A stretch of 64,000 nt of DNA, taken from the NCBI GenBank assembly GCA_003327425.1, contig QOQW01000002.1, positions 223,972 to 287,971 of the forward strand, written 5' to 3'. Positions 26,619 to 37,609 of the stretch are shown here, piece after piece. The first letter of the stretch is position 1. Every line of letters begins with the position of its first letter. This DNA is from Candidatus Ozemobacter sibiricus. Lineage in GTDB: Bacteria > Muiribacteriota > Ozemobacteria > Ozemobacterales > Ozemobacteraceae. The position numbers were made by a program, and so were the translations under genes. A model generated the notes under the pieces. The model saw only the letters and a program-made list of their open reading frames with translations, had not been told where the DNA came from and made no database searches.

Positions 26619-28442
26619 TCAGTCGAGAGAGAACGGCAGCTCGAGGGGCGAGCTGGCAGGCGCCGGCGCGACGGCCGCTCGTGGCTCGAACCGGATGAAG
26701 GTGACCTGGGTCGCGGGATCGCGGTAGGCGACCGCGAAAACCCAGTTGCGCTCCCGCTCCGAGCGCATGAACTCCTCGAGGCAGACCGCCTCGAACGTGG
26801 CCGGATCGAGGTCGGGCGGCAGCGGCCGCCGGAGATAGGCCAGGGTGGCGAACACGCGAAACCCGCGCTCCCAGGCGGTGCGGAAGAGATCGCCGCGGGC
26901 GCGGGCCGCCAGCAGTTCGGGGTCGGCGGCGAAGCAATGCCCGTGCAACACCGGCACGTCGAGCGAGAACGAGAAGATGCCGTCGTCGAACTCGAGCACG
27001 CCGGACCCGGGGGCGCCAGCTTTCACCCCGGCCGTGATGGCGGCACGGTTGGCCCAGAAGCGGAACAGATGCTTGTTGTAATCGGTCGCCAGCTTGAACC
27101 GCAGGAACCCATTGGCCTGCACCGACAACAGGCCGAGGGCCACCGCCCAGAGAAGGGCGGTGGCGGGAGCGAGGGGACGAGCGACGGTGCGGAGCGCGCC
27201 GGACGAACCGGCGGCCGCCCCGCCCCCTTCCTCCACCGCGGCTCCGGGCGAGGGCGTGGCCCGCCCCGCGCGGCCAGGATGTTCGAACGGGGCCACCAGG
27301 CGCGCCACCCCGCGCGCCACGATCAAGTCCGACACCAGGAATGACACGGCATAGTACCAGGGCCCAGTATGAACCATGACGACGTTCAGCAGATTGTACA
27401 AAGCTTTCAGAGCGACTCCGCCGCTCAGCAGGAAGAGCAGGCGGCCATCGCGATCGGCCAGGAACGGCGAGAGGAGGGGAGCAGGCCGGCGGGGCCGAGC
27501 GGCGAACCGATGGGTCAGCCAGAGCAGGGCAACGGCCAGCGGCGCCCAGAGCTGCACGGTACGATAGGAGATCTCCTTCCAGGCGAAGCCGGTCTGCGAC
27601 CTGATCACCGTGTTGGGATACAGGGTCTGGACCAGACAGCGCAGATTCTCATCGAGACCGAAGCCGCCCTTGCTCAGGGCGCTGAGAGGCAGGAAGGTAC
27701 CCACCTGCCAGAAGTTGTACAGAAGGTAGCCACCGAGACCGATCACCGGCAGGGCCAGGAACCACAGGAAGCTGGCGGCCCGCCGACCGGCGAAGGCGGG
27801 AGACAACCCGATCACCAGAAGGGGCGGCAGCAGCAGGAAGCCATCGTCGAGGCGAGCCAGGGTCAGCAGGGTGAACAGCCCGGAGATCGTCGCCAGGGCC
27901 GCGGGCGCCGGCGTGGCCAGGACGTCGTCCCGCACCAGATAGAGCAGAAGGAGGCCGAACAGGAAGATGGAGGCCGGCGATTCCATGCCGTTGATGAAGC
28001 TCCAGCGGCTGCCATACTGGGGTTCCAGCAGGGCGCCCGCCGCCAGGTAGTGGAAGCCCGGAACGGCGGCCAGCAGGGCGGCCACGGCCGAGCCCGTCAT
28101 CTCGGCCACGGCCAGCCCGAAACAAGCCGTCCCCAGAGCGACCAGCAGCACGCTCAGCAGGAACGCACCCATGAGCAGGTTCTCCTGGTCGTGCGGGCCG
28201 GTCCAGGCGGCCAGCCCGGCCAGGATCCATTGCCAGAGGGGGTGGAAGCCGTTGGTGGGGCGCTGGCCGTCGAAGGTGAAGAAGGGCTTGCCCACCGAAT
28301 GGCGAGCGACCGCCAGGTAGGTGAAGGCGTCGGTGTTGAAGAACTGGAAGGCCGCCACCGGCCCCCGCTCGACCAGCGTGGTCAAGGGCGGATAGACCAC
28401 CGCCAGCAGGATGCCGACAAAGAGCAGGAAGCCTCGACGCAC
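26619..28442 (-). CDS. Multi-pass membrane protein, GT-C-like glycosyltransferase candidate
   Basis: First loop 'TDAFTYLAVARH...TFDG..PTNGFHPLW', plus 'NGMES' and 'LARLDD', with about 10-12 TM helices. GTG start at 28442 was chosen because the upstream track extension overlaps ptrB. Confidence 0.75.
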   Translation of the reverse strand: MRRGFLLFVGILLAVVYPPLTTLVERGPVAAFQFFNTDAFTYLAVARHSVGKPFFTFDGQRPTNGFHPLWQWILAGLAAWTGPHDQENLLMGAFLLSVLLVALGTACFGLAVAEMTGSAVAALLAAVPGFHYLAAGALLEPQYGSRWSFINGMESPASIFLFGLLLLYLVRDDVLATPAPAALATISGLFTLLTLARLDDGFLLLPPLLVIGLSPAFAGRRAASFLWFLALPVIGLGGYLLYNFWQVGTFLPLSALSKGGFGLDENLRCLVQTLYPNTVIRSQTGFAWKEISYRTVQLWAPLAVALLWLTHRFAARPRRPAPLLSPFLADRDGRLLFLLSGGVALKALYNLLNVVMVHTGPWYYAVSFLVSDLIVARGVARLVAPFEHPGRAGRATPSPGAAVEEGGGAAAGSSGALRTVARPLAPATALLWAVALGLLSVQANGFLRFKLATDYNKHLFRFWANRAAITAGVKAGAPGSGVLEFDDGIFSFSLDVPVLHGHCFAADPELLAARARGDLFRTAWERGFRVFATLAYLRRPLPPDLDPATFEAVCLEEFMRSERERNWVFAVAYRDPATQVTFIRFEPRAAVAPAPASSPLELPFSLD

Positions 28443-28477
28443 ACCCGATCCCCGATCTGCCTGGTTCGCCCAGTGAT

Positions 28478-30691
<2,214 letters not shown>

Positions 30692-30800
30692 CTTCCTTGT
30701 CCTATTTGCTCATTTGGTACAAATAGCCAGCCGCGAGCGTTCGCGGCGGACGCGGCTATGATACCATGGAGACAGATCACGCCAGGAGAGAGATTGCGGT

Positions 30801-32444
30801 ATGCCGCTGCCCAGCCCCTGTTCATGGCTGTTCCGACGAGCGACCCTTCATCTGGCCGGGCGGCCGCCGGCGCGGCCCGGCGCCCTGCTCGTGCAGGAGG
30901 GCCGCATCGCCTGGCTGGGCCCCGATGGCGAGGCGCCGTCGCCGCCGCCCGGAGCCGAGGTCATCGACCTGCACGGCGGTTCGCTGCTGCCCGGCTTCCA
31001 GGACGCCCACCTGCACCCGTTCATCGGCGCCGTCGACCTGCTCGAGTGCCGGCTGGCGCCCACCGACGGCCCCGACCGCGCGCCGGCCGTGGTGGCGGCC
31101 TGGGCAGCGGCGCACCCCGCCGCGGCCTTCATCCGGGGCAGCGGCTGGGGCTACGGGGCGTTCCCCCCCAGCGGCCCGCATCGACGCTGGCTCGACGCCG
31201 TGGTGCCCGACCGGCCGGTGTTCTTGAAAGCCATCGACGGGCACTCGGCCTGGGTCAATACGGCCGCCCTGCGCCTGGCCGGCATCACCCGCGAGACGGT
31301 GGCGCCCGCCGGCGGGGTCATCGAACGCGATCCGGTCGATGGCGAGCCGACCGGGGTGCTGCGCGAATGGCCCGCCATGCTCCTGGTCGCCGACCGCTTC
31401 CCGCCGCCGACCTTCGACGAGATGCTGACCGCCGGTCGGCAGTTCCTGGAGCGGGCGGCCCGGGCCGGCCTCACCGCCCTGCATGACGCCCAGGGCAAAG
31501 ACCCCCATCCCGAGCTGTGGCTGGCCCTCGAAGCGCGGGACGAGCTGACGGTGCGGGTCACCGCGTCGCGCCGCCTGCACCAGAAGAAGGGCGCCGAGCA
31601 GCTCGAGGAGCTGCTGGCCGCCGTGGGCCGATGGCGCTCGCGGCTGTTCCGGTTCACCTCGGCCAAGGTGTTCATCGACGGGGTGGTCGAGGGGAACACC
31701 GCGTTCCTGCTGGCTCCCTATGCCGACCGGCCTGGGTACCGGGGCGAACCCATGTGGGACTCCCCCGACCGGCTGGCCCGGCTGACCGCCGCCCTCGGGC
31801 GGGCCGGCCTGCCCATCCATGTGCATGCGGTGGGCGATGGCGCGGTGCGGTTCGCCCTCGATGCCATCGAGGCGGCGCGCGCCCTGGGCGCCCCGGCTGA
31901 GCTGCGGCATCAGATCACGCACGCCGACCTGATCGACCCCGCTGATCTGCCCCGCTTCGCGGCCTTGCAGGTGATCGCCAACCTGCAACCAGCCTGGTTC
32001 TGTCGCGATCGGTCCTATGCCACCATCACCCTGCCGGCCCTCGGCCCCGAACGCGCCGGCCGGCTCTATCCCCTCGCCAGCCTGCTGCGACACGGCACGC
32101 GCGTCGCCTGCTCGAGCGACTGGCCGTTCAGCGGCGACACCGTGACCTTCGACCCGCTCGAGGCGATCCGCACCGCGGTCACCCGGCGGGCGGCAGGCCA
32201 GCCCCCCGGCACCGAACTGGCGCCGACCGAGGCGGTCGATCTGGCCACCATGCTCGACCTCTACACGTTGGGCTCGGCCTATGCCAACCAGCGCGAGACC
32301 GACACCGGCTCGCTGGAGGTCGGCAAGCTGGCCGATCTGGTCGCCTTCGACCACGATCTGACCGCCCTGCCCATCGACGAGCTGCCGCAAGCCCGTCCGC
32401 TCCTGACGTTGCTCGAGGGTCGTCCGATCTGGCGAGCCCGCTGA
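30801..32444 (+). CDS. Metal-dependent amidohydrolase (Amidohydro_3/YtcJ-like)
   Basis: 'PGFQDAHLHP', 'HSAWVNTAAL', 'KVFIDG', 'HAVGDGAV', 'SSDWP' and 'GSLEVGKLADLV'. Confidence 0.93.
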   Translation: MPLPSPCSWLFRRATLHLAGRPPARPGALLVQEGRIAWLGPDGEAPSPPPGAEVIDLHGGSLLPGFQDAHLHPFIGAVDLLECRLAPTDGPDRAPAVVAAWAAAHPAAAFIRGSGWGYGAFPPSGPHRRWLDAVVPDRPVFLKAIDGHSAWVNTAALRLAGITRETVAPAGGVIERDPVDGEPTGVLREWPAMLLVADRFPPPTFDEMLTAGRQFLERAARAGLTALHDAQGKDPHPELWLALEARDELTVRVTASRRLHQKKGAEQLEELLAAVGRWRSRLFRFTSAKVFIDGVVEGNTAFLLAPYADRPGYRGEPMWDSPDRLARLTAALGRAGLPIHVHAVGDGAVRFALDAIEAARALGAPAELRHQITHADLIDPADLPRFAALQVIANLQPAWFCRDRSYATITLPALGPERAGRLYPLASLLRHGTRVACSSDWPFSGDTVTFDPLEAIRTAVTRRAAGQPPGTELAPTEAVDLATMLDLYTLGSAYANQRETDTGSLEVGKLADLVAFDHDLTALPIDELPQARPLLTLLEGRPIWRAR

Positions 32445-33670
32445 TGGCCGCCGTTTCCCCGCTACCGGAGGCCGTCGCCATGGGCCGCCCGGCCGACCGT
32501 CCTGGCACCCCGCTGGTCGCCCCGCCCAAGCGGCCAGCGGAGCGCGAACGGACACCTTCGCCGCCGGCGATCCGCGATGATGCCATGCCGCTGCGCCGGC
32601 CCACCCCCGCCGAAGCCCGCGAGTTCTGGACATTGTTCATCGTGCTGCTGCCCTTCTATCTGTGGTTGCTGCCGCGCGAGGGCCCGCCCCAGATGGTCGG
32701 GTTCGGGCTGGTGGCCGCCGTCATCGGTTACATCGTCTGGCGGTCGCCCCATCGACGGCCCGAGCCGGCCGCCCGCCGCAGCCTGCTCGAGGCGGTCGCC
32801 ATGCTGGCCTGGAGCATGGCGGTCATCTGGGGCATCCTGCCCTGGGGCCCGGTCGGCAAGGTGGTCGGGAATGTACTGATCGGGCTGACGGTCGCCTACA
32901 TCCTGTTCTTCGCGCGACGGCTCCGCGGCGATTCCTGGGAAGCCTGGGGCCTGGGCTCGCCCTGGGCCTTCCTCGCCCACCTGCGGCACGGGGAAGGACG
33001 ACACCGGACCTGGCTGGCCCTCGCCCTGGCCAATCTCGCCCTGCTGACCCTCTGCGGATGGGCGGGCGAGGTGGTGCAGGAGATCGTGCGCAAGGCGATC
33101 CGCAAGGCCATCGGGTTCCGAGGCGAGCTGCATCTGTCGTTCCCCGCCCGGGTGCTGCTGGTGGTGCCGCCGATGAACTTCTTCTTCGCCTGTTTCCGGT
33201 ATGACAATGCACGGCAGGCGGCCCGGCTGCTGAGCTGGTATTTCCTCGGCGGTCTGGTCCTCGTCGTCGCCGGCGGCTACTTGTACATCTATCGCCTGCA
33301 TGGCGGCTGGGTGGAACTGCGACCGCTGCAAGGTCTGACCGGCGTGGGCGGCTACGCCCTCTGGGGCACCCTGCAGGAACTGCTGTTTCTGAGCTATTTC
33401 AACACCCGCATCCGCCAGGGGTTGACCAGCCCGTACCTGTCGGCCCTGCTGACCGCCGTCGTCTTCTCGCTCTACCACCTGACCGCCTATACGCTGATGG
33501 CCATCTGCTTCTTCGTCATGATCGTCTGGGCCCTGATCTTCCAGGCCGCCCCCAACCTCTTCCTGCTGGGGATCGTCCATGGCATCAGCGGCGGCTTCGG
33601 CACCGCCCTGTCGATCGAGGGCATGCCCCCCATCAAGATCAAAGCCTCGGTCGGGCCATTCAACCGCTGA
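32444..33670 (+). CDS. CPBP/CAAX-protease-like membrane protein with degenerate motifs
   Basis: TGATG overlap with the amidohydrolase. About 10 TM helices, with C-terminal 'QELLFLSYF', 'VFSLYH' and 'NLFLLGIVHG' matching the CPBP motif layout. Confidence 0.7.
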   Translation: MAAVSPLPEAVAMGRPADRPGTPLVAPPKRPAERERTPSPPAIRDDAMPLRRPTPAEAREFWTLFIVLLPFYLWLLPREGPPQMVGFGLVAAVIGYIVWRSPHRRPEPAARRSLLEAVAMLAWSMAVIWGILPWGPVGKVVGNVLIGLTVAYILFFARRLRGDSWEAWGLGSPWAFLAHLRHGEGRHRTWLALALANLALLTLCGWAGEVVQEIVRKAIRKAIGFRGELHLSFPARVLLVVPPMNFFFACFRYDNARQAARLLSWYFLGGLVLVVAGGYLYIYRLHGGWVELRPLQGLTGVGGYALWGTLQELLFLSYFNTRIRQGLTSPYLSALLTAVVFSLYHLTAYTLMAICFFVMIVWALIFQAAPNLFLLGIVHGISGGFGTALSIEGMPPIKIKASVGPFNR

Positions 33671-33705
33671 GCGCCGACCGCGGCCGGGGGCGACGGTGGC
33701 AGGCC

Positions 33706-34542
33706 TCAGGGGCCGGCGAGGGAAGCGGGCGCCGAGGCCGGCGCCCCGAGGAAGTCAAGGGCCTCGGCGAGCGCCCAGACGGCGAAGACGTGGGCCCACC
33801 GATGCCGGTAGGTGCGCAGGTTCCGCCCCTCTTCCCAGCCATGGTCGAGGATGAACTGGCGGAAGATCTCGATCTGCGGCAGATTGTGCTCGTCGCGCTC
33901 GCCGGCGCTGAGCAGGATGCGGCGGCGCGGCACGGCCGGATGCAGGGCGTACGGGTAGGCCCCGCCATCGAGCCAGAAGGCGGTGAAGGGGGAATCGGGG
34001 CGGGTCAGGGCTTCGATGGCGGCGAAATAGCCGCCGTTCGAGAACCCGGCCAGAATCACCCGCTCGGGATCGACCGGCCAAGAGGCGATCAGATGGCGCG
34101 CCAGGGCGGCCAGGAACTCGCGATTGGCCGCCAGGCCCTCGGGGTACCAGGCCCGCACGTCGGGCCGTTCGGGAAAGGCGCCGGGCCAGCCGCGCGGGAA
34201 GACGGCGATGAAGCGCCGCGCCTCGACCTGGTCGGCGATGGCCAGGTAGGTTTCGCCGGTACCGATCGAGGGGGAACCCAGGCCGTCGAACCCCTGCAGG
34301 AAGAACAGCAGGGGGAACCGCTCTCCGGGGTGGATGGCAGACGGGGCGACCAGATAGTAGGTGCGCGGTCCGTTCGGGGTGGGGAAGGACCGCTCGGGCC
34401 AGGGCAGGGGCAGCCAGCTCCGGATCTGGGGAAGCCACAGCCAGAGCCCGATCGCCCAGAGCGCCAGGGCCAGCGCGATCCGCCATCGATCGGCTCGCGC
34501 CGCTCGGGGCGGCAGCGTCTCGTTGTCCAGGGCCTGGCTCAT
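33706..34542 (-). CDS. Membrane-anchored alpha/beta-hydrolase esterase (PHB depolymerase/LpqC-like)
   Basis: N-terminal TM, 'RTYYLVAP', 'PLLFFLQG', 'VDPERVILAGFSNGGYFA' (GxSxG) and a C-terminal His. Confidence 0.85.
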   Translation of the reverse strand: MSQALDNETLPPRAARADRWRIALALALWAIGLWLWLPQIRSWLPLPWPERSFPTPNGPRTYYLVAPSAIHPGERFPLLFFLQGFDGLGSPSIGTGETYLAIADQVEARRFIAVFPRGWPGAFPERPDVRAWYPEGLAANREFLAALARHLIASWPVDPERVILAGFSNGGYFAAIEALTRPDSPFTAFWLDGGAYPYALHPAVPRRRILLSAGERDEHNLPQIEIFRQFILDHGWEEGRNLRTYRHRWAHVFAVWALAEALDFLGAPASAPASLAGP

Positions 34543-34947
34543 GGCGAGCGTTCAACCCTCTCGCTGCACCGCCTCGCTCGTTCCGGAAGGCTGAAGCGCC
34601 AGATGGTCGCCAACGCCAGGCAACCGCCGACTCTGGACCCCCGCTCAACCCTGGTGGACCCCCTCTTGCCCTCAGACCACGGCCAGGGGCCGCCGGACCC
34701 TGCCCCCGTGGTCACAGCCAGCCGAGCGCGCCAGATCCGATCGGTGGGGCGGTCACGCGACGGGATTTCAGGCCGCTGCACCTTGGCCACAAACGAAGGT
34801 TGCCAGGCGGCGATGGCCCGATCGCCCTCGCGAGCGACATTCCTTTTCGGGGTTCGTTCTGTTAGAATGAGCTTCCCGCAAGGGCAGGCGCGAGGCGCTC
34901 GACGAGCGCCGGCCGGCGACCTGACATCTTTCCGTTTGGAGGCTCCC

Positions 34948-35442
34948 ATGGTCCGAAGATACTCTCTGTTCACCCTGCTGGCAATCCTGGCCGGCTGCCT
35001 GGCCGCTTTCGCCCAGGCCCTTCCCGAGAAGGTGATCGACGTGGGCAACGCGACCTGCCCGATCAGCGGCGAAAAGGTCGCCGAGGGCGTGGTCCTGTTG
35101 CATGAGGGCAAGCTGTACCATTTCTGCTGCCCGGCGTGCCTCGAGACCTTCCAGAAAGATCCGGCGGCCGCCATCGCCAAGATCAAAGATGCCAAGGAAA
35201 CCCCGCTGACCCTGACCAACGTCGACGGGAAATGCCCCGTCACCGGCGAAGCGGCCAAGCCCGATATCTTCGTGGTGCGCGACGGCAAGATCACCTTCTA
35301 CAGCTCGGTCGAGGCCAAAGAGAAGGATGCCGCCCCGGCCGCCGCTCCCGCGCCGGCCGACCAGGGCAGCGCGGCACCGACCAGCGAAGGCGAGACCTGC
35401 GGCGACTGCTCGACCTGCAGCGGCTGCCCGTCTGGCCACTGA
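34948..35442 (+). CDS. Exported tandem YHS/TRASH-domain protein with a Cys-rich tail (164 aa)
   Basis: SD GGAGG at 34938-34942 and a signal peptide ending 'AFA'. Domain 1 is 'CPISG...YHFCCPAC', domain 2 is 'CPVTG...FYSS', and the C-terminus is 'CGDCSTCSGCPSGH'. Confidence 0.85.
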   Translation: MVRRYSLFTLLAILAGCLAAFAQALPEKVIDVGNATCPISGEKVAEGVVLLHEGKLYHFCCPACLETFQKDPAAAIAKIKDAKETPLTLTNVDGKCPVTGEAAKPDIFVVRDGKITFYSSVEAKEKDAAPAAAPAPADQGSAAPTSEGETCGDCSTCSGCPSGH

Positions 35443-35456
35443 TGCTCACCCCGGCC

Positions 35457-35479
35457 CCCGGGGGCGATTCGCCCCCGGG
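35457..35479 (+). terminator. GC-rich hairpin after the YHS gene
   Basis: CCCGGGGGCG-ATT-CGCCCCCGGG, a 10-bp stem. No U-tract. Confidence 0.35.
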
Positions 35480-35665
35480 CGGTCGACGACCAGTCACCCG
35501 TCGCGTATTTGGTTGTTCGGATTCCCCGGTCGCCAATGGTCAGCGCTCGCCATCTCCACGAACGGCTTCGCTCCTTTGCCATGAACCGCCCTTTTGTTTT
35601 GCTGACAGCGCATTCCTACACAGCGGCCAGAATCTCCACCCCCGCTCTGATCCAGTGGCCTTCCC

Positions 35666-35935
35666 ATGATCAAATTTTTCATCCATCTTCTCAATGACTG
35701 GCTCCGACATCTGATTCAGATGTTGGTCATCATCGGGACCATCGTTTTCACCTTCCTGGTCGTTGGCTTGGGCGCTCTGCTCAGCTTGCGAGAGGTGGGG
35801 GCCACCTGGGCGCTGCTCGCGGCACACCAGTATGAGATCATGATGCTGGGGGTGTTCTTGAGCGTGCCGACGTATCTCGTGGTGTACTTCAGGTGGTTTT
35901 ATGAGTCGGACGTCCCCAAGAAACGCCAAAGGTGA
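35666..35935 (+). CDS. Small two-TM membrane protein (89 aa)
   Basis: Two hydrophobic stretches and a basic C-terminal tail (KKRQR). It fills an otherwise empty gap. Confidence 0.6.
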   Translation: MIKFFIHLLNDWLRHLIQMLVIIGTIVFTFLVVGLGALLSLREVGATWALLAAHQYEIMMLGVFLSVPTYLVVYFRWFYESDVPKKRQR

Positions 35936-36183
35936 CCGCGGTCGGTCTCCCCTTCCTTCAACCGCGACCTCGTGAGTCATCGCCTCGGCCCCGTTCCGCG
36001 CGAGCACCGATGACCAGGAGGCAGGACGGGGCCAACATACGAGGTAGCGCAATGGCCGACCGACGGCAGTTCACCAACCAAACCGGCGAGCCTGGGGGGA
36101 TCGGCCGTGGTCAACGCGGAGGTTGCGCGAAACCCCTTGCACTATTGGGCCCAAACAGGGCTACCATGCATCTCGACGAACGT

Positions 36184-37464
36184 ATGTTGTCCATCACGCT
36201 GAAGCCTATGGCCCGTGCAGCCCGCTGCGCCGGCTTCGTTCGGGCCGCCATCCTCGGTCTGATCGCGGTGGCCCTGCTGATGGGTGCCACTCCGGCGGGC
36301 GGGCAGGAGGCCGGCGAACAGCCGACCTTCCGGGCCTCGGTGGTCGATTTTCCCGTGATCGCGGTGCGGGTGAAACTGCTGGCCTCGGAGGCCCTTGCGC
36401 TCTCCCCTGAAGCCTTCCGGGTCAGCGAGGATGGCCAGCCCATCGACGGGTTCAGCCTGGCCAGCGCCACGCCCCGCTCGTTCCTGACCCTGCTGCTCGA
36501 CCGTTCCTCGAGCGTCGAGTCGGTGATGGGCGACCTCAAACGCTCGGCCGCGCGCTTCCTGACCTCCCTGCCGCCCGAGACCCGCATCAGCCTGATGAGC
36601 TTCGGCAGCGACACCGACATCCACTGCGACCACACCACCGATCGCCGCACCCTCATCGAAGGCATCAAAGCCTTGCGCCCCTGGGGCGGCACCGCCCTCT
36701 ACGACGCCCTGCACGTGGCCTGCGAGCAGCTCTACGCCAACTCCGACCCCCGCGACCTGCGCACCATCGTGCTGTTCACCGACGGGCGCGATGAAACCCC
36801 CGCCCTGCGCACGCAGATGTCGATCAAGAGCCTGCCCGAGGTGCTGAAGCTGGCGGTCCGGCACAACATCCGGCTGATCACCGTCGGCATGGGCGAGGAG
36901 ATCGACCGCCAGGTGCTGCAGCAGATGGCGCGCGAGACCGGCGGCTGGGCCTCCTTCGTCCCCACCGCCAAGGAGCTCTACGATATCTACCAGTCGATCA
37001 GCCAGAAGATCCGCCGGGAACGGCACTTCGTCATCCAGTACCTGAGCCCGCGGGCCGACCGCGACGGCCGCCCGCGCCGGGTCACGATCGAGGTCGCCCT
37101 GCCCGACGGCTCCCGCCTCAGCGGCGAGACCACCTATGAGCCCCCGCCTTCCCGGCCCGGCACGCGACCGACCCCCGCGGCTCCGGCGCCCACTGCCGCG
37201 CGGCCGCCGCTCGACGAGGGGTCGACCGGTGGTGGCCCCGCGCCCGGCCTCGACATCGCGCCACCCCCCCTGCCGCCCCCCGACGCCCGGCCGGCCCCGC
37301 CAATGATCGGCGCCTCGTCGGCGACGCCGACCATCCCGCTCTACGACGATCGCGAGACCATCCGCCCCGAGCCCGAGGGCGATCTTGCTTCCCTCCCCCT
37401 GGTCGTCCCGCCGCCGCCACCCCCGCCGCCGGCCAGGCCGGCGGTTCCCAAGATCATCGAGTAG
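36184..37464 (+). CDS. Exported VWA-domain protein with a Pro-rich tail
   Basis: Signal-peptide-like N-terminus, MIDAS 'DRSSS', 'GTALYDA', 'LFTDG' and a long Pro-rich C-terminus. Start is 36184 or 36208. Confidence 0.88.
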   Translation: MLSITLKPMARAARCAGFVRAAILGLIAVALLMGATPAGGQEAGEQPTFRASVVDFPVIAVRVKLLASEALALSPEAFRVSEDGQPIDGFSLASATPRSFLTLLLDRSSSVESVMGDLKRSAARFLTSLPPETRISLMSFGSDTDIHCDHTTDRRTLIEGIKALRPWGGTALYDALHVACEQLYANSDPRDLRTIVLFTDGRDETPALRTQMSIKSLPEVLKLAVRHNIRLITVGMGEEIDRQVLQQMARETGGWASFVPTAKELYDIYQSISQKIRRERHFVIQYLSPRADRDGRPRRVTIEVALPDGSRLSGETTYEPPPSRPGTRPTPAAPAPTAARPPLDEGSTGGGPAPGLDIAPPPLPPPDARPAPPMIGASSATPTIPLYDDRETIRPEPEGDLASLPLVVPPPPPPPPARPAVPKIIE

Positions 37465-37609
37465 GGTGACACCTCGCGCCGCGCGGCCAGCGGGCGACCG
37501 GGCGCAGGTTCCACGTCCACCGACCGTACGGCTCGCCCAGCGAACAGCGGCCACCGCCGGCCACGGCGTCCAGCGACCAGACCCACGATCCGCCAACCCT
37601 CACCCTCGC

